A stretch of DNA of 64,000 nucleotides from Smithellaceae bacterium (GTDB lineage Bacteria > Desulfobacterota > Syntrophia > Syntrophales > Smithellaceae). Below the pieces are notes generated by a model. The model had not been told where the DNA came from. It saw only the letters and a program-made list of their open reading frames with translations, and made no database searches. Of this stretch, positions 38,144 to 47,835 are shown piece by piece (position 1 is the stretch's first letter; every line of letters starts with the position of its first letter). A program made the position numbers and the translations under genes. The stretch spans positions 2,304,001-2,368,000 of the forward strand of contig CAXXVL010000002.1 of assembly GCA_963667845.2 (NCBI GenBank). The letters are read 5' to 3'.

Positions 38144-38310
38144 ATCCATCCCTTCGGCTGAGCGTTCAAACCACAATGCTGCTCTCGTGTTCTTCCGGGT
38201 AAAGATATAACAGATAACTTCAGAAATAGTTAGGGCGTCTTTTCCTCTTTTCGCCGTGCCGGCCAAGGAGGAAACTGTTATGTCGACTGAAAGGAGACAT
38301 CCACTTTATC

Positions 38311-38347
38311 TTCCCTCCCCCAGTGGGAGGGATTGAGAGAGGGGGAG
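38311..38347. repeat. REP-like CCCTCCCC...GGGAGGG palindrome, with a degenerate second copy at 38683..38711
   Basis: TCCCTCCC-CCAGT-GGGAGGGA stem followed by TTGAG; GGGAGGGATTGAG occurs in both copies. Confidence 0.55.
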
Positions 38348-38449
38348 TTTTTCGTCATACCGGCCCGACATACGCTGGGTAAACTCCGGCCCGAAGCCCA
38401 GCTTACATCGTGGTATCCGTAGTGGTTGGCTCTTTCCTAAAATGTGTGT

Positions 38450-39094
38450 CAGTTGAAGGGGCATCCAAACACTCCGAATGCCCTGCAACTGTGGCTCTAA
38501 GCTCACTCGCGACAGCTGAAAACTCGCCCTGCGGGCTCAAACAGTTCGGCTGTCTTATGCTCCATTTCGCCAAGAGCCACAACGTCTCGGGCATATTCGC
38601 TCACGTGAAGCCCCGGTTCAACAGCGAGTATTTTGATTCTTCCTACTTATGCTGTCAGTGATCGTAAAGGAAAATTATTCGTTTCCCCCCTTTCCGGGGA
38701 GGGATTGAGGGTAAAAAATCCAGCTTTTTTATTCCCTCCGTGCGCCCTTCATGGTGCAAAGGCCGGAATCAGAGATGAAACAATAATAATGTGGCGTTTG
38801 CGCAGGAGCATTCCATATGCTCAAAATGCCCTGCAACTGTGGCTCTACGCTCACTCTGCGACAGCCGAAAACTCGCCCTGCGGGCTCAAACAGTTCATCC
38901 ACCTGATTCCATTTAAATCAAAGATGATATCGCGGCGGCTAGGAGGAGGCTCCGCAGGCGTATTATGAATACGCTGAGGAAGCCGACGATGACGCCAACA
39001 AAGATAGCGCTTTGATTTAAAAGGAATGCTCCGTTTCGCCGAGAGCCACGACATTTCGGTCATCATCGTCGCTTATTGTATGCCCCTTCAACTG
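38450..39094. mobile_element. MITE-like composite with 15-bp perfect terminal inverted repeats enclosing two copies of a hairpin repeat
   Basis: CAGTTGAAGGGGCAT (38450..38464) and ATGCCCCTTCAACTG (39080..39094); repeat copies at 38477..38594 and 38825..39063; no transposase. Confidence 0.55.
38908..39025. mobile_element. 118-bp MITE-like palindromic element inserted in repeat copy 2
   Basis: TCCATTTAAATCAAAG/CTTTGATTTAAAAGGA termini, flanked by AT on both sides, absent from copy 1; inner hairpin GCGTATT-ATG-AATACGC. Confidence 0.65.
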
Positions 39095-39280
39095 CCGTTT
39101 TGATCACTGGTTTCGCCGATGCCGCGGTGATTCTTTGATCTTTATGTGAAAACTGTTTGAAGTGAACCTGCTTTGCGCATATAATACGCCCTGCAATCAC
39201 TCAACAAACAAGGAACTTTGACAGAAACCATCATCTTTAAATTTCGCAAACGGCATAATAATTGAAGTTTGGAGGCTGCA

Positions 39281-39940
39281 ATGATAAGAAAAACACCATT
39301 AACCTTTATCGTTTTATTCTGTTTCGCATTCACATCATTTGCCGCAGAGCTGGCACCGATCAAGCTTCCGCCGCCGGATATGAAAGGGGGGAAGCCGCTG
39401 ATGCAGTGTTTGGCCGAGAGGCATACAAACCGGGCGATCAGTCCGAAAAAGCTTCCTGAGGACGTCCTTTCTAATCTGCTGTGGGCGGCTTTCGGCATCA
39501 ACCGGCCCGAGAGCGGCAAGCGCACGGCCCCATCCGCCGTCAACTGGCAGGAAATTGATATTTATGTGGCGATGGAAGAAGGACTCTATCTCTATAACGC
39601 CAAAACACACGCCCTTGATCCGGTGCTGAAGAACGATCTGCGCAAGGAAACAACGAGGTTCATTCAGCCCTCGCGGAGCGCAGTCGCGGGAGCCCCGCTG
39701 CAGCTGATTTACGTGGCCGATCACTCCAAAGTGAGCTTCGGCGTCAGCGACGACGACAGGAAGCTATACACGGCGGCGGACACGGGTTTCATTGCCCAAA
39801 ATGTTTACCTGTATTGCGCTTCGGCGGGCCTCGCTTCTGTTGTGCGAGGCCTGGTCGATCGGGATGGTCTGTCCAAAAGCATGAAGCTTCGCGACAAGCA
39901 GCATATCATCCTGGTTCAGGCGGTTGGCTATCCGCAATAA
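39281..39940 (+). CDS. nitroreductase family protein (SagB/ThcOx-like) with signal peptide
   Basis: LS.LLWAA.GINR, RTAPSA.N.QE, DTG.IAQNVYL.CAS.GL. Confidence 0.88.
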   Translation: MIRKTPLTFIVLFCFAFTSFAAELAPIKLPPPDMKGGKPLMQCLAERHTNRAISPKKLPEDVLSNLLWAAFGINRPESGKRTAPSAVNWQEIDIYVAMEEGLYLYNAKTHALDPVLKNDLRKETTRFIQPSRSAVAGAPLQLIYVADHSKVSFGVSDDDRKLYTAADTGFIAQNVYLYCASAGLASVVRGLVDRDGLSKSMKLRDKQHIILVQAVGYPQ

Positions 39941-40007
39941 ATTAACGTCTCACGTTGAAAAGACATGGCGGCTATCCGTCATGTTATCACACGCTACGGA
40001 AGGTCTT

Positions 40008-40682
40008 ATGCAGAAGATATTTATTCCCTTATTCCTTTTTTTGTTTTTGACGGCAGTTTCTCTAAATTCTGTTTTTGCTCAAAGCAATTTACTTCCCAAG
40101 TATGGTTCAAAACAAAAAAATGATGCGCAGCTGACGGCGGATAAGAAGTTTCTGGCTGACATCGATCAATATTATAAGGGCGATCGTAAGAAAGCCGCCG
40201 AGGATACCGCGTCCCGAGGCTGGCAGTCGTTTCGGCAGGGCGATACGGAGACAGCCATGAAACGCTTCAATCAGGCGTGGCTGATCGATAATATGAATGG
40301 GACTGCTCTCTGGGGGATGGCGGCTATCGAGGGAAAGGCGGGAAAAATGAAAGAGTCTTTGCAACTGTTTTCTGAAGCCGAACAGTACAAAGCAAATGAT
40401 ATCGATTTTGCAGTGGACCACACTCGCGCGATAGGGTTTGCAGGTTTAGCAGATAGCAATGAATCCCTCATAAAAGACGCATTAACCCGCTTCGATCGGC
40501 TATACAAGAGAGCGCCGCAGCATGTATTGAATTTGCAGAACTGGGCAATTGTTTTATTTTATACGGGCGACTATGCCGGGGCATGGAAAAAGATAAAGCT
40601 GGTTGAAGCCGCTCCCCGGGCAGGTGAACTGGATAAGAACTTTGTTGCTGCGTTGGAAAAGAAGATGCCAAGGCCCAGGTAA
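40008..40682 (+). CDS. exported TPR-like hypothetical protein
   Basis: Signal peptide, LP.YG, GW.......D..TAMKRFNQAWL motif. Confidence 0.7.
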   Translation: MQKIFIPLFLFLFLTAVSLNSVFAQSNLLPKYGSKQKNDAQLTADKKFLADIDQYYKGDRKKAAEDTASRGWQSFRQGDTETAMKRFNQAWLIDNMNGTALWGMAAIEGKAGKMKESLQLFSEAEQYKANDIDFAVDHTRAIGFAGLADSNESLIKDALTRFDRLYKRAPQHVLNLQNWAIVLFYTGDYAGAWKKIKLVEAAPRAGELDKNFVAALEKKMPRPR

Positions 40683-40869
40683 GAAAATGCTTATCCAGCT
40701 ATTTTCGGGCTGGTCCGTGAAATTATTGCCGGACTGAACATGAAATGGTTCCGGCTGGAGCGGTGGGCTATCCGCAGTGATGCACTGAAATTAGCGGCAA
40801 AGCAAGATAAAGCGGGCAGGCAATGCACGCCGCAAAAGACGTTGCGCTTACTTCGCATAAAAAAAGGAG

Positions 40870-41670
40870 ATGACCGTGGAGTATAAGAATCTGATCGTGG
40901 AAAAAAATGAGGGAGTCGCGGTTGTTACGCTGAACCGGCCTGCGGCCAATAATACCCTGAGCGTCGATCTCATGCAGGAATTGGAAGTCCTGGCGGATGA
41001 ATTTCAATCCGACCTGCAAACCAGGGCCGTTGTGTTTACCGGAGCCGGCAAGCATTTCTCTCTGGGCGCCGATGTGACGGATCCGAAGCATCTGGAGATT
41101 TCCACGGGGCCGGTCCTGAAACGGTATCGGGGCTTTTCCATCGGGCCAAGGATGATCGCCAAGCTAAATGGGATTCCCCAGATTACGATCGCCGCGATCA
41201 ACGGGATTTGCCTCGGCGGGGGGACCTGCATCGCGTCGGCGCTGGATTTCCGCCTGGGTGCGGACAACTGCCGGTGCGGATTGCCCGAAAACAATCTGGG
41301 CATGAATTTGAGCTGGCTTGGCCTCCCGTTGATTGTCAATCTGATTGGTCCCGCCAAAGCAAAGCGCTTTGTGATTCTCGGCAAGAATGAAACCGCGCAA
41401 ACGCTTTATGATTGGGGGTGGCTCGATGAAGTTGTCCCGGCCGATCAGTTAAGGGAACGCGCCCTGGAAATGGCGAAAACTTATGCCGCAAAAGCGCCGC
41501 TGACCACGCAGATGATCAAACGCAGCGTCAATACCTTGGCTCAGGCGCTGGATCAACCCATCATGCACATGGATTCGGACCAGTATATTCTTGCCAGCAT
41601 GACGGAGGATTTCACGGAGGGGATCACGGCGCTTATGGAGCGACGAAAACCCGTATTCAAAGGGAAGTAA
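40870..41670 (+). CDS. enoyl-CoA hydratase/isomerase family protein
   Basis: TLNRP...N, F.LGAD, IAAING.CLGGG, PE..LG, D..EG..A..E.R.P.F.G. Confidence 0.9.
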   Translation: MTVEYKNLIVEKNEGVAVVTLNRPAANNTLSVDLMQELEVLADEFQSDLQTRAVVFTGAGKHFSLGADVTDPKHLEISTGPVLKRYRGFSIGPRMIAKLNGIPQITIAAINGICLGGGTCIASALDFRLGADNCRCGLPENNLGMNLSWLGLPLIVNLIGPAKAKRFVILGKNETAQTLYDWGWLDEVVPADQLRERALEMAKTYAAKAPLTTQMIKRSVNTLAQALDQPIMHMDSDQYILASMTEDFTEGITALMERRKPVFKGK

Positions 41671-41679
41671 AAATGAAAT

Positions 41680-41708
41680 GTCAGAGCGGGAGGCAAGCCC
41701 GCTTTGAC
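41680..41708 (+). terminator. stem-loop downstream of the enoyl-CoA hydratase gene
   Basis: GTCAGAGCGGG/CCCGCTTTGAC stem; weak U-tract. Confidence 0.45.
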
Positions 41709-42037
41709 GAAATCTTTCTGCAAAATCGTCTTTCCAGGAATCGCCCCGCCTATGCCTTAAGGTTTACGGACTTCCATGCGGCTGAAATTCTCACTCCCCG
41801 GAAAGTGAATAACTGCATCTTGATCGCGGCTCAATACATCACTGTCGGCGGATGAAGAAACCTCCGTGCGGTTTTTTATAAAATACAATGACTTTGTCGC
41901 TGGTAGTATTTACCTGTCGATTGCCTCACGTTTATTCCATATTGTGACTTTTACGCAAACATTTAAAATTTAATCCAAAGAAAATGGTGCTGACTTTGTA
42001 AGGCCAATCGGTTCACGTCCACTATGAGGAGGTGCCC

Positions 42038-42364
42038 ATGTTCAAGCAAGTCATAATCGGTGCGGTGTTATTTACAGTCGTCATCATTGCAGTCGGAACA
42101 GTCGGCCTGCACTATAAAGAGCAGAAATTATATCGGGAGGAGATTGCCATGACTATGTCGGAAATAAATTATCTGGAAACGGCTTTAAAAAAGAAAAATG
42201 CTGACGACTGCATCGTTGAGCGTGCCGCCTATGGATGGAAATGTACGGATTTCAAAGGCCGGGTCTACAAAGTGTTCAGGGATGAAGATAAGATGAGAGC
42301 GGCCCGATTGCGTTTACCGCGTGGTTCAAATCATGAAGAAGTGGCGCAGGTGGAAATTTACTAG
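42038..42364 (+). CDS. hypothetical protein with N-terminal TM segment
   Basis: SD GAGGAGG before the ATG; one hydrophobic segment; two Cys. Confidence 0.6.
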   Translation: MFKQVIIGAVLFTVVIIAVGTVGLHYKEQKLYREEIAMTMSEINYLETALKKKNADDCIVERAAYGWKCTDFKGRVYKVFRDEDKMRAARLRLPRGSNHEEVAQVEIY

Positions 42365-42523
42365 CCGGTCATTTGTTGGAGCGTTCAGATAGTCCGACCA
42401 CCGTTCGCGCAAGTATTTTATCGCGGAATCGGCGTTTCAAAGATATTCTTCTACGAACACTGACAGTACACGATGTGCTGAGCCGGAGCAATTCCAGACG
42501 CATTGGCGTAAAAAGGATTTATA

Positions 42524-42817
42524 ATGAACAATATTATTCTTTGCGAGTCGTGCGGATGCAGCGGACGGGCTGTTAATGCCGCGCCGGTGGACGATTCACG
42601 ATATCCCTTATTCTATCATCTGGGGCATGATGTTTCTACCGGGCATATGCATTATCGATGCGCGCGCTGCGGCGCCCTGCTTCTTGTTGACCCGATGCAA
42701 ATGATAACCAACCAATTCGTGAGGGGGATTGTTTCGGGATTCGACAGCGCGTTCAACATAGCCCAAAGAGAAAAGCATCACTTTTGCAAACAGACCTATA
42801 AATCTATGCACACCTGA
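42524..42817 (+). CDS. small putative zinc-ribbon protein
   Basis: CESCG and CARCG pairs, several His; SD AAGGA. Confidence 0.6.
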   Translation: MNNIILCESCGCSGRAVNAAPVDDSRYPLFYHLGHDVSTGHMHYRCARCGALLLVDPMQMITNQFVRGIVSGFDSAFNIAQREKHHFCKQTYKSMHT

Positions 42818-43089
42818 AATACCGCAATGAAGAGGCATCTCATCATTTGTTCGAAAATGGTTCGGTTTTGCCCGCTGGATTCATCTTCCTTACCGATCAT
42901 CGTTATTCTATGGTAGGATTTACCAGTCAATTAACAGTTACTAAACTATCATTGCATTAGTGTTTCCTCTTCATGATATTAATCATGATGCTGAAGACGG
43001 GGCTGGCGATTGCACTGCGTTTGAGAAAAGTCTTAACCAATACAGTTTCCGCGAAATGTAAAAAAACATGACAAATCGAGGAGAAAGTT

Positions 43090-43458
43090 ATGGAAAAATA
43101 TTCATCTGCTGCAAAATATTTTCAGATCGTTCTTTTTGTCTTTTTGGGGGTGGCTTTCGGCGCTCAAATCTCTTATGCCACCACGCCGAAATCCGTCGAT
43201 CTGGCGTACGATGCGGGCACGCAGATGTTGTCGGTCACGATTGATCACTCAACGCTGGCCCGCAGCATGCATCATATCAAATATGTCGAGATTAAAAAGA
43301 ATGGCGTGTCTTTCGGCAAAACGGAATATGGCAGTCAGCCCACCGATGAATTGTTCACGTATACATACAAAATCCCGGCCGTAAAAGGCGACATCTTCGA
43401 AGTGACGGCCACGTGTAATATGTGGGGGCACAAGACATCTACCTTTACCGTGCCATGA
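43090..43458 (+). CDS. exported hypothetical protein, possibly superoxide-reductase-like fold
   Basis: SD GAGGAG, signal peptide, H...HHI.YVE and A.CN.WG pattern. Confidence 0.55.
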   Translation: MEKYSSAAKYFQIVLFVFLGVAFGAQISYATTPKSVDLAYDAGTQMLSVTIDHSTLARSMHHIKYVEIKKNGVSFGKTEYGSQPTDELFTYTYKIPAVKGDIFEVTATCNMWGHKTSTFTVP

Positions 43459-43492
43459 TTCTGTTCTCGATTGCCTGAGGAAGAATTGATAA

Positions 43493-43523
43493 CGCGCAGA
43501 CACGCAAGTCACGTGTCTGCGCG
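43493..43523. terminator. hairpin between convergent genes
   Basis: Perfect 12-bp stem CGCGCAGACACG/CGTGTCTGCGCG. Confidence 0.55.
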
Positions 43524-43556
43524 GATAAGGCATGCTTTCATTAATAAGCTCTGCCG

Positions 43557-43913
43557 TTATTTCTTGGTCCCCGGCAGTGTTTGGGCATACTCATAAATCA
43601 ACTTCATGTCGGCATCGGAGATTTTGTCTTTGGGGAAAGCCGGCATGATGCCCTTGGTTCCGTCAGCCTTTAAAGGATTCCTGTTAAACGCAGCAAAGGC
43701 GGCGAGGCTTTTCATTTTGGCTGAGCCTTTGACCGGCAGAGCGGGATTGATCACGTTCCCGCCGTCGGCGTGGCAGCCGCCGCAATTTGTGGCATAGAGA
43801 TCAGCCCCGTTCGATGCGGACAGGGACACGCCCCTGGAAAAGATCATGGTAATTCCGCATACGACTGAAACAGCAATGACCAAAAGAATCAAAAACCAAA
43901 TTGTTTGTTTCAT
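43557..43913 (-). CDS. monoheme class I cytochrome c (c6-like)
   Basis: G..LY..NCGGCH..GGN, distal MPAF, N-terminal hydrophobic segment. Confidence 0.88.
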   Translation of the reverse strand: MKQTIWFLILLVIAVSVVCGITMIFSRGVSLSASNGADLYATNCGGCHADGGNVINPALPVKGSAKMKSLAAFAAFNRNPLKADGTKGIMPAFPKDKISDADMKLIYEYAQTLPGTKK

Positions 43914-43988
43914 GTGACCCCCTGAAATATTAGTCTGATGATTGTCTGAACATTTGTCCTCATCTTGATGAGTGTTTCCGTATATTTT

Positions 43989-45239
43989 TCACTTCACTTC
44001 CTTCGGTTCCAGCACGGGGAGAATCTTATTAAGTATCCAGAAAATAATAAACGGCAGCACGGCGATCAGCAGAGCGCCGCCAAGTCCCTCCTTGAAGGTT
44101 TCCAGACTGTGCGGGATGATGGGCAGACTGTAATCCATGTAGCCGGAAAACGTCAGAGAAAAAGACTGGCCGCCGATGACGACGTTCCAGCGCATCATGA
44201 AGACGCCGAAAAGAACGAGCAGGGCGGATAAGACGGTCCGGCGACGGGTTATGCCGGGGAGCAAAAGGAGGATAAAGGGGACCAGATTCCCCAGGACATA
44301 CTGAAGCAGAAAAATATTGATAAAGTCTTTCCCGTAAATGACGTTTCTCAGGATGTCCCATGATTTGACGGCCGTGTACCCGCGGAAGACCAGGTCGAGG
44401 AGCTCCAGGCTGATCGAGAAGACCATAAAGAAGATCAGGTATCTGACGGTCGTCTGCATCGCTTCGGTCTCCATTCCTTTGATGTTTTGGAATGCGTCCG
44501 CTCCCGCTTGCGTGTGTTTCCGGGAGGCCAGATACTTTTTGACTTCCATGATCACGATGTAGACGAGCAGGCACAAAGCGACGCCGGAAACAACGGCCGA
44601 CATAATAAAAATCACCGGCATGAGCGGGGTCATCCACAGGGCGTTGGCCTTGACCGAGCCAAAGATAAATCCGGCATAGCCGTGCAGAAAACAGGCAACC
44701 GGCACGCCGACCCCCGCCAGAATTTTGGTCGCTTTTGCATCGAGCGAGAGACTTCGCTCGCTTAAATCCATAGCGCCCAGGGTGAGGATTGTGCAGATGC
44801 AGTACTTGACTGTTTCGGCAAGAGTCTTATGTGACTTGCCCTTGAGGCTGATCGATACTTCCACGAGGTGCTTGCGGAAAATGAACCACAGTTCGGACGC
44901 AACGATCGAACCGTAAAGAAAAAGTACAACGCCAAACGCGGCAATTGCCGAGGTGAAATGCGGTGTCAATATGACATTGAGGCTTCTTTCGGGGTGTGTC
45001 AGATGCAGCAGAAGAGGCAGCGGCGCCACCATCAGGAGTGCAAAAGAGAATACCAGGGCAAATCTGGCAATGTCTTTGAGCGGCTTGATGTTGAAGAGGT
45101 GATAAAGGGACGACAGCACGAAGGCCCCGGCCACGAGCCCCGTCATGAATGGGTACATGACGATCTGAATGCTCCAATAAATATATTCATTGGGGTATAC
45201 GAATAATTCTTTGACTGTCCAGAGAGCTTCCAGAACCAT
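43989..45239 (-). CDS. NrfD/PsrC family quinol-interacting membrane subunit
   Basis: W...I..YPF.TGL.AG, HL.HPER, LHGY.GFIF, W.TP.MP, RWNVVIGGQ. Confidence 0.9.
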   Translation of the reverse strand: MVLEALWTVKELFVYPNEYIYWSIQIVMYPFMTGLVAGAFVLSSLYHLFNIKPLKDIARFALVFSFALLMVAPLPLLLHLTHPERSLNVILTPHFTSAIAAFGVVLFLYGSIVASELWFIFRKHLVEVSISLKGKSHKTLAETVKYCICTILTLGAMDLSERSLSLDAKATKILAGVGVPVACFLHGYAGFIFGSVKANALWMTPLMPVIFIMSAVVSGVALCLLVYIVIMEVKKYLASRKHTQAGADAFQNIKGMETEAMQTTVRYLIFFMVFSISLELLDLVFRGYTAVKSWDILRNVIYGKDFINIFLLQYVLGNLVPFILLLLPGITRRRTVLSALLVLFGVFMMRWNVVIGGQSFSLTFSGYMDYSLPIIPHSLETFKEGLGGALLIAVLPFIIFWILNKILPVLEPKEVK

Positions 45240-45242
45240 GAT

Positions 45243-46016
45243 TTATCTCACCTCTTCATCGAGCCCGATAAAATAAACCCGGGGATTGGTTCCATATTCC
45301 GGTTTGTGAACGCCAACCCGCTGAGTCCTGATGATATTTCCGATCGGGTCTGCCGGGTCTTTGAGGTTGCCCAGCTGCCTCGCGCCCGTCGGGCAGGCCT
45401 GTACGCAGGCCGGCCGCAGCCCCTGGCTGATCCGGTGGTAACAAAAATTGCACTTATCCGCCACATGGTAGACCGGGTGGAAAAATCGCATGCCGTACGG
45501 ACAGGCCATAATGCAATAGCCGCAGCCGATGCACCATGTCCGGTCGACCATGACCACGCCGTCGGTGTTCTGATATGTCGCGCCGACCGGGCAGACCTGG
45601 ACGCAGGACGGTTTGGCGCACTGGTTGCACAGTTTGGGAACAAAAAAAGCTTTCTTGATGTTTTCCCGGGGAATGTCTTTGAATTTGCCTTGACCCAGGT
45701 CGATTCGTCCGGAGGTGAATCCGTATCGCGCCTCTTTTGGTGTATCGGCAAACACCATGCCGTCTGAGGTCACCACGTACCTCTCAACCCAGGTCCGGGA
45801 AACGTCGGCATCAAAGGGGATTTCGTTTTCGAGTTTGCAGGCCTTGACGCAAAACCCGCAACCGATGCATTTATACGTGTCGACAAGAAATACATAGCGG
45901 CGGGGCGGGGTCGAGGCCTGGACATCGGCGGGCCGGTAAATTCCATCAAGCCCCCGGGCCAGCATGACGGCGGCGGCTCCCTTTACGGCCAATTTTATGA
46001 AATCTCTTCGGTCCAT
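45243..46016 (-). CDS. NrfC/DmsB-like 4Fe-4S protein with Tat signal
   Basis: DRRDF twin-arginine; CIGC..C..AC, CNQC..P.CV.VCP, CIGC.YC..ACP, C.FC...P.CV.ACP. Confidence 0.92.
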   Translation of the reverse strand: MDRRDFIKLAVKGAAAVMLARGLDGIYRPADVQASTPPRRYVFLVDTYKCIGCGFCVKACKLENEIPFDADVSRTWVERYVVTSDGMVFADTPKEARYGFTSGRIDLGQGKFKDIPRENIKKAFFVPKLCNQCAKPSCVQVCPVGATYQNTDGVVMVDRTWCIGCGYCIMACPYGMRFFHPVYHVADKCNFCYHRISQGLRPACVQACPTGARQLGNLKDPADPIGNIIRTQRVGVHKPEYGTNPRVYFIGLDEEVR

Positions 46017-46024
46017 CTGCGCTC

Positions 46025-46498
46025 CTAATGCGGTTTAGAGGCTTCATGCGGATTATGACAGATCGCACAGCCGATGCCGGGGTTATGCTGTTCCGGGTTA
46101 ATCCCGGGAATCTGCGATCGCTGACTGGTCGGATAGAGAAGTTTAGCATGGCACCTCAGGCACAGCTCCCGGCTTTTATCCAAAACCAGTTTCGGCGGGT
46201 CTGCGGGATGAGAATTGGCCGGGCCATGGCAGTTTTCGCACTCGATGATCTTGTGCGGCGAAGCGGCAACCTTTTTAGCTTCCGGGGCGTGACAAGCCGC
46301 GCAAAGTTCGCGTCCCTGGTATTTGACCGTCACCTTCTTCCAGTCTTCGACATTAGATTGCCGGTGCCAGCCGTACATATAGCCCCCGTCATGAACGCCG
46401 AAATCATCAGGTATAAAGAAGGGTCTGGCGATCAGGATGATCGCAACGACAGCCAGAATGACTATAAAAGGTCGTAGAACATGCATAACGTCCGACAC
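46025..46498 (-). CDS. membrane-anchored tetraheme cytochrome c
   Basis: CAACH, CENCH, CLRCH, CAICH; N-terminal TM. Confidence 0.9.
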   Translation of the reverse strand: MSDVMHVLRPFIVILAVVAIILIARPFFIPDDFGVHDGGYMYGWHRQSNVEDWKKVTVKYQGRELCAACHAPEAKKVAASPHKIIECENCHGPANSHPADPPKLVLDKSRELCLRCHAKLLYPTSQRSQIPGINPEQHNPGIGCAICHNPHEASKPH

Positions 46499-46881
46499 TC
46501 CCGGTCGATTTTATGATCTTCCCGGCAACTCAAATTTAAATACTGTTTTTTGAAAAATCGGTTCCGCTGTTATCTGAGACTCGAAGGCGAAAAGAGAAAA
46601 CAGCAAATTTTCCATTTTGGCGAGATTCATAACAGTCTATCTCAAATTACGTGTTTTCGGTTACCGATGCGAACCACAAATCCGGTTTCTAAGGAATCCT
46701 CATTAGTTTAATGTTGATTCGGAATCAGTCAAGAGGTGCGGTCAATCGCGTAAAAAGGGGTGTTGATAGCTACCATTGATTTCTGCGACTCTCTATTTAA
46801 ATTATAGGAAAACAAGTGCATCAACGCCTGGGCAGTTAAAGAATGAATCGACGGGATATCAAACCCGGACAGGAGGTCGTT

Positions 46882-47688
46882 ATGAAGAAAATATCCATCA
46901 TGTTGGCAGCAACGCTCTTGGTGCTGATCGCCTGCATCCCGGCATTTTGTTCATCCGAAATAGAAGGAAAGACGGTTATCTATAAGGCAGGAGACACGGT
47001 CATGAATGGTTACCTGGCCTTCGATAAGGCGCGCACCGGGAAAAGACCCGGCGTGCTGGTGGTTCATGAATGGTGGGGACTTACGGACTATAGCCGGATG
47101 CGCGCCCGGATGCTGGCCGAACTGGGCTACACGGCGCTGGCCGTCGATATGTTCGGCGACGGCAACACGGCATTGAATCCTGATGATGCAAAGCGGTTCA
47201 CCAGCTCCGTGATGAAGGATCCCCAAGTGGCCGAGGCGCGGTTTAATGCGGCTCTGGAATTTCTGAAAAACCAGGAAACCGTTGACCCGAAGCGGCTGGC
47301 AGCAATGGGCTATTGTTTCGGGGGCGGCGTGGTGTTGTTTATGGCCCGTCAGGGTGTTGATCTTAAGGGCATTGTCAGCTTCCACGGTAATCTCGGTACG
47401 GACAAACCGGCCGGGCCCGGCGCGATCAAGGCGAAGCTTCTGGTGCTGAATGGCGATGCCGATCAGTTTACGACACCGGCGCAAATCGTGGCGTTCAAAC
47501 AGGAGATGACAAATGCAGGCGTGGATTACCGGTTCGTTTCTTATCCCAATGCAAAGCACAGCTTTACCAATCCGGAGGCCGATGCATACGCAAAGAAATT
47601 TGATTTGCCCGTAGGCTATAATGCGGCAGCCGACAAGCAATCCTGGGCTGAGATGAAAAAATTTTTTGCTTCGCTCTTTAAGAAATGA
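46882..47688 (+). CDS. dienelactone hydrolase family protein, exported
   Basis: V.HEWWG, GYCFGG, SFHG, H.FTNP; ATG at 46882 behind AGGAGG. Confidence 0.92.
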   Translation: MKKISIMLAATLLVLIACIPAFCSSEIEGKTVIYKAGDTVMNGYLAFDKARTGKRPGVLVVHEWWGLTDYSRMRARMLAELGYTALAVDMFGDGNTALNPDDAKRFTSSVMKDPQVAEARFNAALEFLKNQETVDPKRLAAMGYCFGGGVVLFMARQGVDLKGIVSFHGNLGTDKPAGPGAIKAKLLVLNGDADQFTTPAQIVAFKQEMTNAGVDYRFVSYPNAKHSFTNPEADAYAKKFDLPVGYNAAADKQSWAEMKKFFASLFKK

Positions 47689-47835
47689 ATCGACGGTTCG
47701 TTACCGGAGGACGGGTCTTCGACGTTTAGTCCCGCGCGTCCTTGCCTGATCCGGCCCCGGGCTGCCGAAGTTCCGTGCTCTTTGATTTTACGTAATTCCG
47801 GGGACGCCTGAGGCGGGATAAAAAAGGAGGGTTTC

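Noticed and set aside
38477..39063. CRISPR array or protein-coding repeats (ORFs containing AENSPCGLKQF)
   Set aside because: There are only two long palindromic copies, and the ORFs are incidental translations of the repeat.
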